64,000 bases of DNA, taken from positions 64,001 through 128,000 of IMG/VR virus record IMGVR_UViG_3300032334_001433. One strand, written 5' to 3'. This DNA comes from a virus (taxonomy: Duplodnaviria; Caudoviricetes). Below, piece by piece: positions 46,990 through 57,705 of the stretch. Position numbers and translations under genes: made by a program. The stretch's first letter is position 1. Each line of letters opens with the position of its first letter. The notes under the pieces are model-generated. The model was not told the origin of the DNA, searched no databases, and was given only the letters and a program-made list of their open reading frames with translations.

Positions 46990-47574
46990 ATGTATACTTC
47001 AAATATAAGTGTGTTACAGCAAAATTATGCAAATACTTTGCCAACAACCCACGATTATCTTAGACCAAATGCTTTTAGATTCTCTGTAAAAGATATACCA
47101 AATGTATCGTTTACTTGTCAATCTGCAAACTTGCCGCAGCTAGCTTTGGGGTATGCATCTCAACCGACACCGTTTACCGATATTCCTCGCATTGGAGACA
47201 AATTGCAATTTGGAGATCTTAGTATTAGATTTTTGATCGCAGAAGATATGTCAAATTATATGGAATTATATAAATGGTTAGTTGCATTGGGGTTTCCAAA
47301 AGATTACAACCAATTCAACGCATTCGTTAAAGATAGACCTAGTTCATTTCCATTTAAAGTAACTCCTAAGGGAATTACTGAAGTTTCGGCATACTCGGAT
47401 GCAACTTTATGTATTTTAGACTCGACAAATACGCCTAAAGTAAATATAATGTTTAAGAACATATTCCCTGTGTCCTTAGAAGCTTTGGACTTTGATATTG
47501 CATCTGCAAGTGTTGAATATTTTACCGCGATTGCCTCATTTAAGTATACATTGTTTGAGGTGGAGAAACTTTAA
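46990..47574 (+). CDS. gp3: gp3 tail tube terminator/completion protein
   Basis: YLRPNAFRF, FTCQSANLP, FLIAEDMSNY and FPVSL motifs. Confidence 0.9.
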   Translation: MYTSNISVLQQNYANTLPTTHDYLRPNAFRFSVKDIPNVSFTCQSANLPQLALGYASQPTPFTDIPRIGDKLQFGDLSIRFLIAEDMSNYMELYKWLVALGFPKDYNQFNAFVKDRPSSFPFKVTPKGITEVSAYSDATLCILDSTNTPKVNIMFKNIFPVSLEALDFDIASASVEYFTAIASFKYTLFEVEKL

Positions 47575-47590
47575 TTAATATGGAGATAGT

Positions 47591-48478
47591 ATGGCTAGTA
47601 ATAAAAACCCTTTGAAAAACATTCCGAAAGTACCGGTGCCAAAATTTAATAAACCTGCGGCACCAGCAGAAACCCAACAAGGTCAACTTCAAATTAACAT
47701 TGAAGATCTTCGCAAAGAACGACTTTTTATCGCAACCCCTTGTTATGGTGGCATGCTAACAGAAGCATATTTCCGTTCAATGGTTCGCACATTGACATTC
47801 TTCAATCAGCACCAGATTCCTGTTGCATTTGGAACAATTGCAAACGAGTCTCTTGTTACTCGTGCTCGTAATGTATTGGTTGCATATTTCTTGCAAAGCA
47901 ATTATACTCGTCTATTATTTATTGATGCCGATATTGAATTTCAAGTTGAAGATGTCTTGAAACTTATTGCACATAATAAAGAAGTATGTGTAGGTGCATA
48001 TCCTAAGAAGGGTGTAAATTGGCAACGTATCCGCGATGCAGTTTTATCAAATGGCCAGGCCCCAATGGATGACCGAATGATCGCAGCATCAGGAAGTGAT
48101 TATGCTATCAATTTTAAATTTGTTAATGCAGATATGAAACAGATTGCCATTGAAAGCGGTGTTATTAAATTGCATGATGGCGCTACAGGCTTCATGATGA
48201 TTAAACGCGAAGCAATTGATAAGATGATTGCAGCATATCCGGAACTCAAATATAATAACGATTTGAATACTCCTCCAGATTTGCAAGACTTTTTCTATGC
48301 ATTCTTTGACACAATGATTGATCCTAAAGATCGTCGTTATTTGTCTGAGGATTATACCTTTAGTCGTCGTTGGCAAGATATTGGCGGTGATATTTGGCTT
48401 GATCCTTCAATCTCGCTAAACCACTTCGGTTCTTTCAACTTCCAAGGTAATCCTAATCAAATTATCAAAATTGGTTAA
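47591..48478 (+). CDS. GT-A fold glycosyltransferase
   Basis: FIATPCYGG, ESLVTRARN, LFIDADI (DxD), ATGFMMIKR and YLSEDYTF motifs. Confidence 0.75.
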   Translation: MASNKNPLKNIPKVPVPKFNKPAAPAETQQGQLQINIEDLRKERLFIATPCYGGMLTEAYFRSMVRTLTFFNQHQIPVAFGTIANESLVTRARNVLVAYFLQSNYTRLLFIDADIEFQVEDVLKLIAHNKEVCVGAYPKKGVNWQRIRDAVLSNGQAPMDDRMIAASGSDYAINFKFVNADMKQIAIESGVIKLHDGATGFMMIKREAIDKMIAAYPELKYNNDLNTPPDLQDFFYAFFDTMIDPKDRRYLSEDYTFSRRWQDIGGDIWLDPSISLNHFGSFNFQGNPNQIIKIG

Positions 48479-48481
48479 TCT

Positions 48482-48922
48482 ATGAAATTGTCTGACCTAC
48501 AGTCAATGTGGGCAGATGATTGCAAGATTAATGAAACTAATCTAGGGCAAGAATCTGCTCGCACTCCTTTATTACATTCAAAGTATTTGAATTTTTTATC
48601 ATCTACTCGTCTTAATTTACGAAAAGCCGAGTCTGACTATTTAAACCTCCGACGTAAGAAATATAAGTATTACAGAGGAGAAATGACACAAGCCGAATTA
48701 GCTGCAGAAGAATGGGAACAATGGCAGGGAAACAAACCATTAAAAAATGAAATGGATGAGTTCCTGCAGGTAGATAACGATCTTATTTTATTAGAAGATA
48801 AGGTTGAATATTTTAAAATTGTTCAGTACCAATTGGAGCAAATTATTCGGTCATTGAATAGTAGAACATGGGATATTAAGAACTGTTTAGAATGGACAAA
48901 ATTCACTAACGGTATGATGTAA
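48482..48922 (+). CDS. uvsY: UvsY recombination mediator
   Basis: LHSKYL, KYKYYRG and RTWDIKNCLEW motifs. Confidence 0.88.
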   Translation: MKLSDLQSMWADDCKINETNLGQESARTPLLHSKYLNFLSSTRLNLRKAESDYLNLRRKKYKYYRGEMTQAELAAEEWEQWQGNKPLKNEMDEFLQVDNDLILLEDKVEYFKIVQYQLEQIIRSLNSRTWDIKNCLEWTKFTNGMM

Positions 48923-50406
48923 TGGCCGATATAAAAATAAGAAAAAAGAATGAAGTATATTTGAATATTGATGCTGAGCCTTCAATTGCTCAGGAATTAA
49001 ATAATCATTTTTCCTTCGAAGTACCTGGTGCAAAATTTCACCCTTTGTATAGATCAAAGATGTGGGATGGCCGTGTCAGGCTTTTTTCTATGTTTACTAA
49101 AGAGCTTTATGTTGGCTTAAAAGAGTATGTTGAACATTTTGCAAAAGAACGGGAATATACTGTAGATTTATCTGAGTATGAAAAGACTGCAGATGAGTGT
49201 ACGTTTGAATCGGTAAAAGAATTTTGTAAAAAATTAAACATTGGATCTAAAGGGGAACCTCTTGAAATTAGAGATTACCAAATAGAGGCAGTATATAAAG
49301 CAATAAACGACGGTAGAAGGTTATTACTTTCTCCTACCGGATCTGGTAAATCTTTAATAATCTATTGTATAATTCGTTGGCACTATGAATTTGACAGAAG
49401 GCAATTAATTATTGTACCTACAACATCTTTGGTAGAACAGATGTTTTCAGATTTTCGAGATTATTCTTGTTTAAATGGATGGGATGCTGCATCCCATTGC
49501 CATCGCATTTATGGCGGGCATGAAAAATCTACAGATTGTAATGTTGTTATTAGTACCTGGCAATCTATCTATAAATTACCAAAACAATTTTTTGAAAAAT
49601 TCCAAGTTGTTTTTGGAGACGAAGCTCATCAATTTAAAGCAAAATCTTTAACTGGAATTTTAAATAAATGCCCAGACGCTCCTTATAGAGTAGGGACTAC
49701 TGGTACATTGGATGGTACACAAACGCATAAGTTAGTTCTTGAAGGTATCTTTGGTCCTGTTTATAAAGTCACAACAACTAAGAAACTTATTACAAGCAAA
49801 ACATTATCTGATTTAAAAATCTATAATTTGATATTAGATTATCCGGATGAAATTAAAAAAGCTATGAAGGGTAAAACGTATCAAGAAGAAATGGATTTTC
49901 TTGTTCAATACGAACCAAGAAACAAATTTATTAGAAATTTGACTCTTAAACAAGAAGGTAACAGTCTTGTATTATTTCAGTATGTAGAAAAACATGGCAA
50001 AAATCTATATGAAATGATTAATGCCAAAGCAGAAAATAGAAAAGTATTTTTTGTTTATGGGGGAACAGATACGGAGCAAAGAGAAAAAATTCGAGCATTG
50101 ACAGAACTCGAAAATAATGCTATAATAGTGGCTTCATATGGAACATTCTCTACCGGGATTAACATTAAGAATTTGCATAATATTGTATTTGCATCTCCTT
50201 CTAAATCTCGGATAAGAAATTTGCAATCTATTGGACGTGGTTTGAGAACAACAAAAGACAAAGATAGTTGTAATCTATATGATATAGGCGATGATTTAAC
50301 CTGGAAATCTAAAAAGAATTATACATTACTTCATATGATTGAAAGGATAAAAATATATAATGATGAACATTTTGATTATAAATTAGTGAAAGTTCAATTA
50401 CAATGA
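48922..50406 (+). CDS. uvsW: UvsW DNA helicase
   Basis: RDYQ, SPTGSGKS, GDEAHQFKA, GTTGT and QSIGRGLR motifs. Confidence 0.96.
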   Translation: MADIKIRKKNEVYLNIDAEPSIAQELNNHFSFEVPGAKFHPLYRSKMWDGRVRLFSMFTKELYVGLKEYVEHFAKEREYTVDLSEYEKTADECTFESVKEFCKKLNIGSKGEPLEIRDYQIEAVYKAINDGRRLLLSPTGSGKSLIIYCIIRWHYEFDRRQLIIVPTTSLVEQMFSDFRDYSCLNGWDAASHCHRIYGGHEKSTDCNVVISTWQSIYKLPKQFFEKFQVVFGDEAHQFKAKSLTGILNKCPDAPYRVGTTGTLDGTQTHKLVLEGIFGPVYKVTTTKKLITSKTLSDLKIYNLILDYPDEIKKAMKGKTYQEEMDFLVQYEPRNKFIRNLTLKQEGNSLVLFQYVEKHGKNLYEMINAKAENRKVFFVYGGTDTEQREKIRALTELENNAIIVASYGTFSTGINIKNLHNIVFASPSKSRIRNLQSIGRGLRTTKDKDSCNLYDIGDDLTWKSKKNYTLLHMIERIKIYNDEHFDYKLVKVQLQ

Positions 50407-50822
50407 CCTTAGGTTTTAAAGTATTGAAGTTAAATAGTGGCGAAGATATAGTATGTAAAACAGATGAAGCAATAAATCTGAAAGACAATTTTAGTATTTT
50501 TATAAAAGATCCTTTGGTACTAAATCAAATAAGATCAAATTATGGAAGTGCAATAGTAGAATCATATACATTATCTCCTTGGTTCGCATTAGCTGAGGAA
50601 GAATTTTATGAAATTCCTGTAAGAAATATTGTAACATATGCATCCGCAAAAGAAGAACTCAAAGAAAATTATATTAAATATCTCGATGCTCGTAAAGAAG
50701 CAGAAGAAAACGCAGTTGATGTAACAAATGAATTAAATGATTCAAATTTAGAAAATGAAAGCACAGATGAAGAACACGATTACGGACATAGCAGATTTCG
50801 AAGAAGAAAAACTTTTCATTAA
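50403..50822 (+). CDS. Conserved Sm-like hypothetical protein before gp55
   Basis: KVLKLNSGEDIVC..IKDPL..LSPW pattern; uvsW-x-gp55 synteny. Confidence 0.6.
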   Translation: MTLGFKVLKLNSGEDIVCKTDEAINLKDNFSIFIKDPLVLNQIRSNYGSAIVESYTLSPWFALAEEEFYEIPVRNIVTYASAKEELKENYIKYLDARKEAEENAVDVTNELNDSNLENESTDEEHDYGHSRFRRRKTFH

Positions 50823-51378
50823 GGAAAAGAAACCTTCGGTTACTGCACATTATGTAAATAATAAAGAATTTTTAGATGCATTAATAGCATATAAGGAACA
50901 AGTTGATGCTGCTAAAGAACGAGGCGAAGAACCGCCCGTTGTAACTAGATACATCGGCGAATGTTTTATAAAAATTGCTACACACCTTTCATACAAATCT
51001 AATTTTATTAATTATACCTTTAAAGATGATATGATCTCGGATGGTATTGAAAATTGTCTAACTGCAGTACAAAAATTTGATCCAACTAAATCTTCAAATC
51101 CATTTGCATATTATACTCAAATTATTTACTTTGCTTTTATTCGTAGAATACAAAAGGAAAAGAAACAACAGGCCACTAAGTATAAAATGATTGAGAATAT
51201 GGATATTGATTCTTTAATCTTGCAAGATCATGACAACGGCGAATTCAGCCACCAATTTTTGGATTACTTAAAACGGCAAATGGATAACATTGATATTGAG
51301 AAACGTAACATCACTATCCCGAAAAAGGTTAAAAAAGTTGAAATAGATTCGGATAATCCTCTTGACATGGATGACTGA
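50755..51378 (+). CDS. gp55: gp55 late sigma factor (start may be 50767)
   Basis: HYVNNKEFL, FINYTFKDDMISDGIENC and NPFAYYTQIIYFAFIRRI motifs. Confidence 0.95.
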   Translation: MKAQMKNTITDIADFEEEKLFIKEKKPSVTAHYVNNKEFLDALIAYKEQVDAAKERGEEPPVVTRYIGECFIKIATHLSYKSNFINYTFKDDMISDGIENCLTAVQKFDPTKSSNPFAYYTQIIYFAFIRRIQKEKKQQATKYKMIENMDIDSLILQDHDNGEFSHQFLDYLKRQMDNIDIEKRNITIPKKVKKVEIDSDNPLDMDD

Positions 51379-51391
51379 TTTACTATATAAT
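51362..51391 (+). promoter_or_regulatory. Sigma70-type promoter for queE-folE cluster
   Basis: TTGACA (51362-51367), 18 nt, TATAAT (51386-51391). Confidence 0.7.
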
Positions 51392-51419
51392 ATATGTTAA
51401 TTTAATTATTGGAGTCTTG

Positions 51420-52277
51420 ATGGCAAAACTTAAAGTTGCAGAATTGTTTTATAGTATTCAAGGTGAAGGCCGTTATATGGGCGTACCTAGTGTGTTTCTT
51501 CGCACATTCGGTTGTAACTTTACCTGCAGTGGTTTTGGTATGCCTAAAGGGGAGTTTAGTCATGAAGTTGATTATATCGCGGCTGACGTACATAAGTTTC
51601 TTACCTATAAAGATTTACCTCTTGTTAGTACAGGGTGCGATTCTTACGCTAGCTGGGATCCTCGTTTTAAGCATCTCAGCCCTGTACTTGATACTGATAA
51701 CATTGCCGATTCAATTATGGATATACTTCCGTACAAGAAATGGGAAGACGAACATCTTGTAATTACAGGCGGCGAACCATTGCTTGGATGGCAAAGATCG
51801 TATCCAGATCTTCTAAACAATGAGAAGATGAAATCTTTAAAAGATATTACGTTTGAAACAAATGGTACTCAAACATTGTCATCCGAATTTAGACAGTATC
51901 TTCTTAATTGGTCTCTTGGTCGTAAAGACAGAGGATATAATGCACTAACATTTTCTGTTAGTCCAAAATTAAGTGTCAGTGGAGAAAAATGGGAAGAAGC
52001 AATCTGTCCAGATATTGTTGCATCATATCAAGACGTTGGATATACTTATCTTAAATTTGTAGTTGCAACTGAAGAAGATGCAGAAGAAGCAATGACTGCT
52101 ATTGATCTATATAAATCTGCAGGATTTAAAGGTCCTGTTTATTTGATGCCAGTAGGTGGTGTCGAAAGTGTTTATGCTATGAACAATCGAAAGGTTGCAG
52201 AAATGGCAATGAAGAACGGTCTTCGATATAGCGATCGTTTACAAGTGCCCTTATTTAAAAACGAATGGGGAACATAA
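51420..52277 (+). CDS. queE: 7-carboxy-7-deazaguanine synthase QueE (radical SAM)
   Basis: ELFYSIQGEG, FLRTFGCNFTC, VITGGEP, FETNGT, SVSPKL and RLQV motifs. Confidence 0.92.
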   Translation: MAKLKVAELFYSIQGEGRYMGVPSVFLRTFGCNFTCSGFGMPKGEFSHEVDYIAADVHKFLTYKDLPLVSTGCDSYASWDPRFKHLSPVLDTDNIADSIMDILPYKKWEDEHLVITGGEPLLGWQRSYPDLLNNEKMKSLKDITFETNGTQTLSSEFRQYLLNWSLGRKDRGYNALTFSVSPKLSVSGEKWEEAICPDIVASYQDVGYTYLKFVVATEEDAEEAMTAIDLYKSAGFKGPVYLMPVGGVESVYAMNNRKVAEMAMKNGLRYSDRLQVPLFKNEWGT

Positions 52278-52341
52278 ATAATAATGTTACACAAAGGTAA
52301 CAAAATTTTCAATCATCATATCCGTGTAAGGAAGGATTCAA

Positions 52342-53031
52342 ATGTCATATAACAAGACAAAAACAGACCCAGAATTGGGGCAAAAAGTTCATCAGCATTT
52401 AGTTGCAATGGGAGTCGAGACTCCTACCCGATTAGATCCTACTACCCGATTAGATCTTGATCGTAAAACAAAGATTGAAATAATCGAGTCTCACTTTTCG
52501 GAAATTATGCGAGTGTTGGGCCTTGATTTAGAAGATGATAGTTTAATTGAAACACCAAAGCGTGTTGCTAAGATGTATGTTAACGAAATCTTTTGGGGGT
52601 TGGATTATGACGCATTTCCAAAATGTACTACAGTTAACAATAAGATGAAATACAACGAAATGGTTGTTGAACGCAATGTCAATGTCCAAAGTAATTGCGA
52701 ACATCATTTTGTAGTCATTGATGGATTGGCAACAGTTGCGTATGTTCCAAAGGATAAAGTTCTTGGACTAAGTAAAATTAATCGTATTGTAGAATACTTC
52801 AGTAAGCGTCCTCAGATTCAAGAACGTCTAACAGAACAAATTTATTATGCGTTGCAGTTTATTTTGGAAACAGATAATGTTGCAGTTATGATTGATGCTC
52901 AGCATTATTGTGTTAAGAGCCGAGGCGTAGAAGATACAGGCAGTTCTACCGTTACAAGTAAGCTAGGTGGAGGATTTAAAACAGATCCCTCTCTTAGAAA
53001 TGAATTCTTAAGCATCGCCCGTTCAAAATGA
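52342..53031 (+). CDS. folE: GTP cyclohydrolase I
   Basis: [34 protein letters not shown] and HYCVKSRG motifs. Confidence 0.96.
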   Translation: MSYNKTKTDPELGQKVHQHLVAMGVETPTRLDPTTRLDLDRKTKIEIIESHFSEIMRVLGLDLEDDSLIETPKRVAKMYVNEIFWGLDYDAFPKCTTVNNKMKYNEMVVERNVNVQSNCEHHFVVIDGLATVAYVPKDKVLGLSKINRIVEYFSKRPQIQERLTEQIYYALQFILETDNVAVMIDAQHYCVKSRGVEDTGSSTVTSKLGGGFKTDPSLRNEFLSIARSK

Positions 53032-53537
53032 CTATAAACGTAATGGTTGATTTGGAGACAATGTCAACAAGATCAAATGCGGCAATTTGTTCCATTGGTG
53101 CAGTAAAATTTGAAGGGGATAAAATACTGGATACGTTTTACTGCACTATTGATATAAAGTCATGCAAAGAAGCAGGCCTGCATATTGCCAAGGATACTGT
53201 TGAATGGTGGTCAAAGCAAAACAAAGAAGCATTCCGAGAGTTAACAAAAAACAACATCTCACTACAAGAAGCACTAGACAAATTCGAAATTTGGTTTGGT
53301 CCAAAGAGTCTTCCTTTGTGGGGCAATGGTGCAGTATTTGATAATACTATTCTTGGAAATGCTTATTTCAATACAGGCAGAAAACCACCATGGCATCCAT
53401 GGGATGACCGATGCTATAGAACTGTTAAAGCATTATTTAAATGGATTCCTGCTGATGAACGGCAAGGAACATATCACAATGCATTGGATGACGCAATGCA
53501 TCAAACAAAACACTTAATTAAAATCTTGGGTAATTGA
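53028..53537 (+). CDS. DEDDh 3'-5' exonuclease
   Basis: [19 protein letters not shown] and HNALDDA motifs. Confidence 0.85.
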   Translation: MTINVMVDLETMSTRSNAAICSIGAVKFEGDKILDTFYCTIDIKSCKEAGLHIAKDTVEWWSKQNKEAFRELTKNNISLQEALDKFEIWFGPKSLPLWGNGAVFDNTILGNAYFNTGRKPPWHPWDDRCYRTVKALFKWIPADERQGTYHNALDDAMHQTKHLIKILGN

Positions 53538-53538
53538 T

Positions 53539-54906
53539 ATGAATATTTACAACAGGAGAATTGCTTTTTGTATTAGCGATCAGCATTTAATTCCATATGG
53601 TGGCATCGGACAATTTGCAAAATCCTTTGTAGAGACTTGTTCTGTTATTGGAATAAAAATTGATATTATATTGGATAAACCTGCATCCAATAAAGACTTT
53701 AGTGCATACCTTCAATCTAGAGGGGCTAATATTATTGTACCTAAAGAGCCACTTAGTTATAGTAAGCATGCTAAAACTTTTATGTTTGAGGATTCTTATA
53801 ACTTTGAAAAGATGATTAATTTTAGAGAATGCTTTATGTCTGCTCTAAATGATAATCTATATGATGTAGTTATTTGTAACACCGTAGAATCATTTCCCGC
53901 AATCTATTCATTGTCTATTCAAGATTCAGTACAAATTGTATACTATACTCATCACGAGAATCTTGTCTTTATGGATGAAAATACTCAGAAAAGTAAATTC
54001 TCAAATTCATTCAATGAATTTTTTATTAAATTGATGGATGTAAAAGGCATTTATATTGGTACACAAACACGTAGAAATGTTGCTGAGATTAAATTATCTG
54101 GTAAAGATGCATACTATACGCCAATACAAATGACAGAAAAAGATTTGCTTTCTCCTCATACAAAGCCAAGAGAAGGTGTACTATGGATTGGTCGTTGGGA
54201 ACCAAGAAAGAACCCTGAAGAATTTGTTCGCATGATTGCAGAAACAAAATTGCCTGCAAAAATTATTACAAATGATACTGGTGCGAAAAAATTTGAAGCA
54301 GCATTAAAAGAAATTAATGCAAAATTTGAAATTCGTTCAGAAATCTATGGTCAAGAAAAAGTTGATTTTATAACATCTGCCCGGGTTGCATATAACCCTG
54401 CAATACGAGAAAGCTTTGGTTTAGCATTTTATGAATGTATTGGGCATATGCCAACGGTTGCACTTAAAGGAATGTCTTGGTTAGAAAACTTTAATGGTAC
54501 GGATTTCTTTAGTGTAGATAAAAAAGATGTAAGTAGCACTATATTAAAATTATATGAACAATACAAAAGTCCATTTGATTGGTACAATACTGGCGCATTG
54601 GAGCGAGTTGTAAATATGGATTTAAGTGGTATTGCAGAATGGTTTAATTTATTTGATTTGTTTAAACCAACACAATCCAATTCTAGTAAAGCAAAAATTA
54701 ATGAATATGAAACGACGCAGTATAAAAAATACATAAACGATCTAAATAGGAAAGATTTATCTATTGATGATATCCGTTCTGTATTGACAAACAAGCACAA
54801 ATATAATATAATTTACACAGACAATCACACCTATCTATCAAAAGATAAAAATTTTGTTCCTGATGAACAAAATTCCTCAAGCACTTTAGAAAGTTTATTC
54901 AAATGA
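53539..54906 (+). CDS. GT-B (GT4-like) glycosyltransferase
   Basis: PYGGIGQF, LWIGRWEPRKN and ESFGLAFYE (E-x7-E) motifs. Confidence 0.78.
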   Translation: MNIYNRRIAFCISDQHLIPYGGIGQFAKSFVETCSVIGIKIDIILDKPASNKDFSAYLQSRGANIIVPKEPLSYSKHAKTFMFEDSYNFEKMINFRECFMSALNDNLYDVVICNTVESFPAIYSLSIQDSVQIVYYTHHENLVFMDENTQKSKFSNSFNEFFIKLMDVKGIYIGTQTRRNVAEIKLSGKDAYYTPIQMTEKDLLSPHTKPREGVLWIGRWEPRKNPEEFVRMIAETKLPAKIITNDTGAKKFEAALKEINAKFEIRSEIYGQEKVDFITSARVAYNPAIRESFGLAFYECIGHMPTVALKGMSWLENFNGTDFFSVDKKDVSSTILKLYEQYKSPFDWYNTGALERVVNMDLSGIAEWFNLFDLFKPTQSNSSKAKINEYETTQYKKYINDLNRKDLSIDDIRSVLTNKHKYNIIYTDNHTYLSKDKNFVPDEQNSSSTLESLFK

Positions 54907-56189
54907 GCAGACAAATGGAATATGTAATTTCTGGACCGGCGTACTTGCGTCTTGGTGCAGAACAATGTAATGATCCTGAAGTATTACAGATGATTAATGA
55001 CCTTATTGGTAAGACTGTTCATAATATGAATAATCATCAGTTCTCATTATTGTACAATGGGTTTACTGAAAAACAATTTGGTAAACGTCTACAAAAATTT
55101 AGACCGGCAATTAAAAATATCCATGCTGATTCTGGTGGTCTGCAGATTATTACTCGAGGTATTCAGAATTCCCCTGAGGTCCGTAATGGGGTTTATGAGA
55201 ATCAAGCATCGCATGCTGATATTGGAATGTCCTTTGATGAAATTCCGGTAATTATTACTAATGCAAGTGGTAAATCTGCAAAGCTTGATACTAAAGGTAG
55301 ATATTTTGATCGAGATAACTTTGCAAGTTATGCAAAGCAAACAGGACAAAATATTAAAGCACAGATTGAAAAATTTATTGAAATGAAAAGTGATTGCCGA
55401 CCCTTCGCAATCATTCAAGGTGCTTGTCACGAAACTTATGCAGAGTGGGCAAATATTTTGCTTGAAGAAATTACCGCACCATATCATGATCGTATTGGTG
55501 GCGTATCAATGGCATCTGCTGCATTAGGTACTGGTCAACTTGAAGATGTTAAACGAGCATTTTATGTTAAGGTAATGCCTTTTAAGAAACCATTTCATCT
55601 GCACATTCTAGGAGTTGGTGCTCTGCGTCGAATGCTTCCTTATATGGTGTTTAGTCAGACTGGAATGTATGAGAACATTGAAATCTCTTATGATTCTACA
55701 ACACATTCTATGTCATTGGATAATGGATTGTTTTATTTCTCATATAGTAAGAAAACACGACATGGGTATGGCGGGTCATCTGTAAAAATGGGTAGAGAAT
55801 ATTCAAATATCTATAGAACAGTTGTAGATGAAATCAATAGTGTTTGTGGTACAGAATATACCCCAGAAGAATATCATAAATTGATGAATATTGCAGTAGG
55901 CAAATATCTTGAGAATGGTGGCAAATTCATTGACATTATGAAAGCACGTCTATGTTTTATATTGACAAATGTTCATAATTTTACATTGGATGTCACAACT
56001 TTGTTAGAATCTAAAGATGAATTACTTAAATTCTGCAGAGATAAAGGTTGCGAAAATGAATATGCAACATTGTTTGAAGTTAAAGATATTGGCGACTTTT
56101 CTCATTGGGAAAAGCACGTTGGTAAATATATGGAATCAGAATCTGTGGGCCATCAGCCTAGGATGTCTTTAGAAGATTTATTTGCATAA
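54903..56189 (+). CDS. dpdA: TGT-fold guanine transglycosylase (DpdA-like)
   Basis: DSGGLQ, FDEIP, IIQG, LHILGVG and SYDS motifs; located in the folE/queD/queE cluster. Confidence 0.8.
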   Translation: MSRQMEYVISGPAYLRLGAEQCNDPEVLQMINDLIGKTVHNMNNHQFSLLYNGFTEKQFGKRLQKFRPAIKNIHADSGGLQIITRGIQNSPEVRNGVYENQASHADIGMSFDEIPVIITNASGKSAKLDTKGRYFDRDNFASYAKQTGQNIKAQIEKFIEMKSDCRPFAIIQGACHETYAEWANILLEEITAPYHDRIGGVSMASAALGTGQLEDVKRAFYVKVMPFKKPFHLHILGVGALRRMLPYMVFSQTGMYENIEISYDSTTHSMSLDNGLFYFSYSKKTRHGYGGSSVKMGREYSNIYRTVVDEINSVCGTEYTPEEYHKLMNIAVGKYLENGGKFIDIMKARLCFILTNVHNFTLDVTTLLESKDELLKFCRDKGCENEYATLFEVKDIGDFSHWEKHVGKYMESESVGHQPRMSLEDLFA

Positions 56190-56199
56190 GGATTATATT

Positions 56200-56625
56200 A
56201 TGTCTATAATTAAAAAGAGTAGTTTTATTTGGGTTACCTTTCAAAAAGAAGGTATTCATCGTTATCCTGCAGCGGCAACTGACGTTAAGTTAGCTACACG
56301 CAGATTTGGTATACCTGAAGAACATTGGCTGGATGTTAGTTTTCTTGCGGATCCGCATCGGCACATTTTCCACTTTCGTGTCGAAATGGAAGTATTTCAT
56401 GATGACAGAGACGTAGAATTTATCCAAGCAAAAAGAATCATGGAGCGTTGGTATAATGATGGTACCCTGCAACTAGATTATAAATCATGTGAGATGATGG
56501 CAAATGATCTATATGATAAATTGATCGCAAAATGGCCAGGTAGGGATTATGTAGTTGAAGTATCCGAAGATGGTGAAAACGGATGCAGAATTCATTTTGA
56601 ATATATTAAAGATATAGATGTCTAA
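56200..56625 (+). CDS. dpdL: QueD paralog (T-fold), DpdL-like putative CDG decarboxylase
   Basis: LADPHRHIF (LxxxHRHxF), DRDVEFI, SCEMMA and VEVSEDGENG motifs; AAGGA RBS before ATG 56200. Confidence 0.65.
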   Translation: MSIIKKSSFIWVTFQKEGIHRYPAAATDVKLATRRFGIPEEHWLDVSFLADPHRHIFHFRVEMEVFHDDRDVEFIQAKRIMERWYNDGTLQLDYKSCEMMANDLYDKLIAKWPGRDYVVEVSEDGENGCRIHFEYIKDIDV

Positions 56626-57691
56626 AATTTTTATTGTAGATTTAGAATCGGTAGATACGCGATACACAGGACAATGGAAACGATATGTACCCAAATTACT
56701 TAAAAAGGAATGTCATGACATCGAAGTTATATGTGGGCCTGCTGATATTCCTAGTGCCACTACTCCTGGCGCCTTTCTTAATTTTGGTGGCACTAATATC
56801 TATAAGTCTGCACAAGTTGAGCAAATGGGCCGTTTATTTGTTAGTGGATCCGTTAATGCTAATGATCATTTTTTATTTACTGACGCTTGGCATCCTGGCA
56901 TTATTAACTTAAAATATATGAGTGAATTGTTGCAGATCCCTGTAACGATTCACGCACTATGGCATGCCGGCAGTTATGACCCTCAAGATTTTTTAGGTCG
57001 CCTTATCGGAGATGCTCAGTGGGTTAGACACGCCGAGCAAAGTTTCTTTCACGCTATTGACCATAACTATTTTGCTACAAATTTTCATATTGATTTGTTT
57101 GCTGATACATTTAGCGAAACAGTAGATGATGAGTGGAAATTAACTATGATTGAGCAAGGTAAGATTGTTCGTTCAGGTTGGCCAATGGAATATATGGTTG
57201 ATACATTAGATAATTATAATACTACAAAACAAGATATTATTTTATTCCCGCATCGTATTGCTCCTGAGAAACAAGTTGAAATTTTTAGAGATCTTGCAAA
57301 GCAATTGCCTCAATATGAATTTATTGTTTGTCAAGATAAACAATTGACTAAACATGAATATCATGAGTTATTGGGTAGAGCTAAAATTGTGTTCAGTGCT
57401 AACTTGCAGGAAACACTAGGCATTAGTTGCTACGAAGGCGCATTAGTTGATGCTATTCCTATGGTGCCAAATCGTTTGTCTTATAGTGAAATGTATAATG
57501 ATATATTCAAATATCCAAGTGAGTGGACAGAATCATTTGAAGCATACGAATTACATCGACAAGATTTATGCTACAAAATTATTCAATACATGAATAATCA
57601 CGATCAATATAAGTATCAAGTTCGTAAACAAGCATCAGACTTAACGGAAAAATTCTTTTCTGCTAATGTATTGACATCAATGTTTAAGTAA
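56618..57691 (+). CDS. Second GT-B glycosyltransferase
   Basis: FPHRIAPEKQ and ETLGISCYE (E-x7-E) motifs. Confidence 0.75.
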   Translation: MSKIFIVDLESVDTRYTGQWKRYVPKLLKKECHDIEVICGPADIPSATTPGAFLNFGGTNIYKSAQVEQMGRLFVSGSVNANDHFLFTDAWHPGIINLKYMSELLQIPVTIHALWHAGSYDPQDFLGRLIGDAQWVRHAEQSFFHAIDHNYFATNFHIDLFADTFSETVDDEWKLTMIEQGKIVRSGWPMEYMVDTLDNYNTTKQDIILFPHRIAPEKQVEIFRDLAKQLPQYEFIVCQDKQLTKHEYHELLGRAKIVFSANLQETLGISCYEGALVDAIPMVPNRLSYSEMYNDIFKYPSEWTESFEAYELHRQDLCYKIIQYMNNHDQYKYQVRKQASDLTEKFFSANVLTSMFK

Positions 57692-57699
57692 TATATAAT
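57671..57699 (+). promoter_or_regulatory. Sigma70-type promoter for queD
   Basis: TTGACA (57671-57676), 17 nt, TATAAT (57694-57699). Confidence 0.8.
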
Positions 57700-57705
57700 A
57701 CATCA

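Noticed and set aside
36644-50406. Introns, inteins or homing endonucleases in terminase, capsid or UvsW
   Set aside because: Lengths are normal, motifs are contiguous, and no LAGLIDADG, HNH, GIY-YIG or intein ends were seen.
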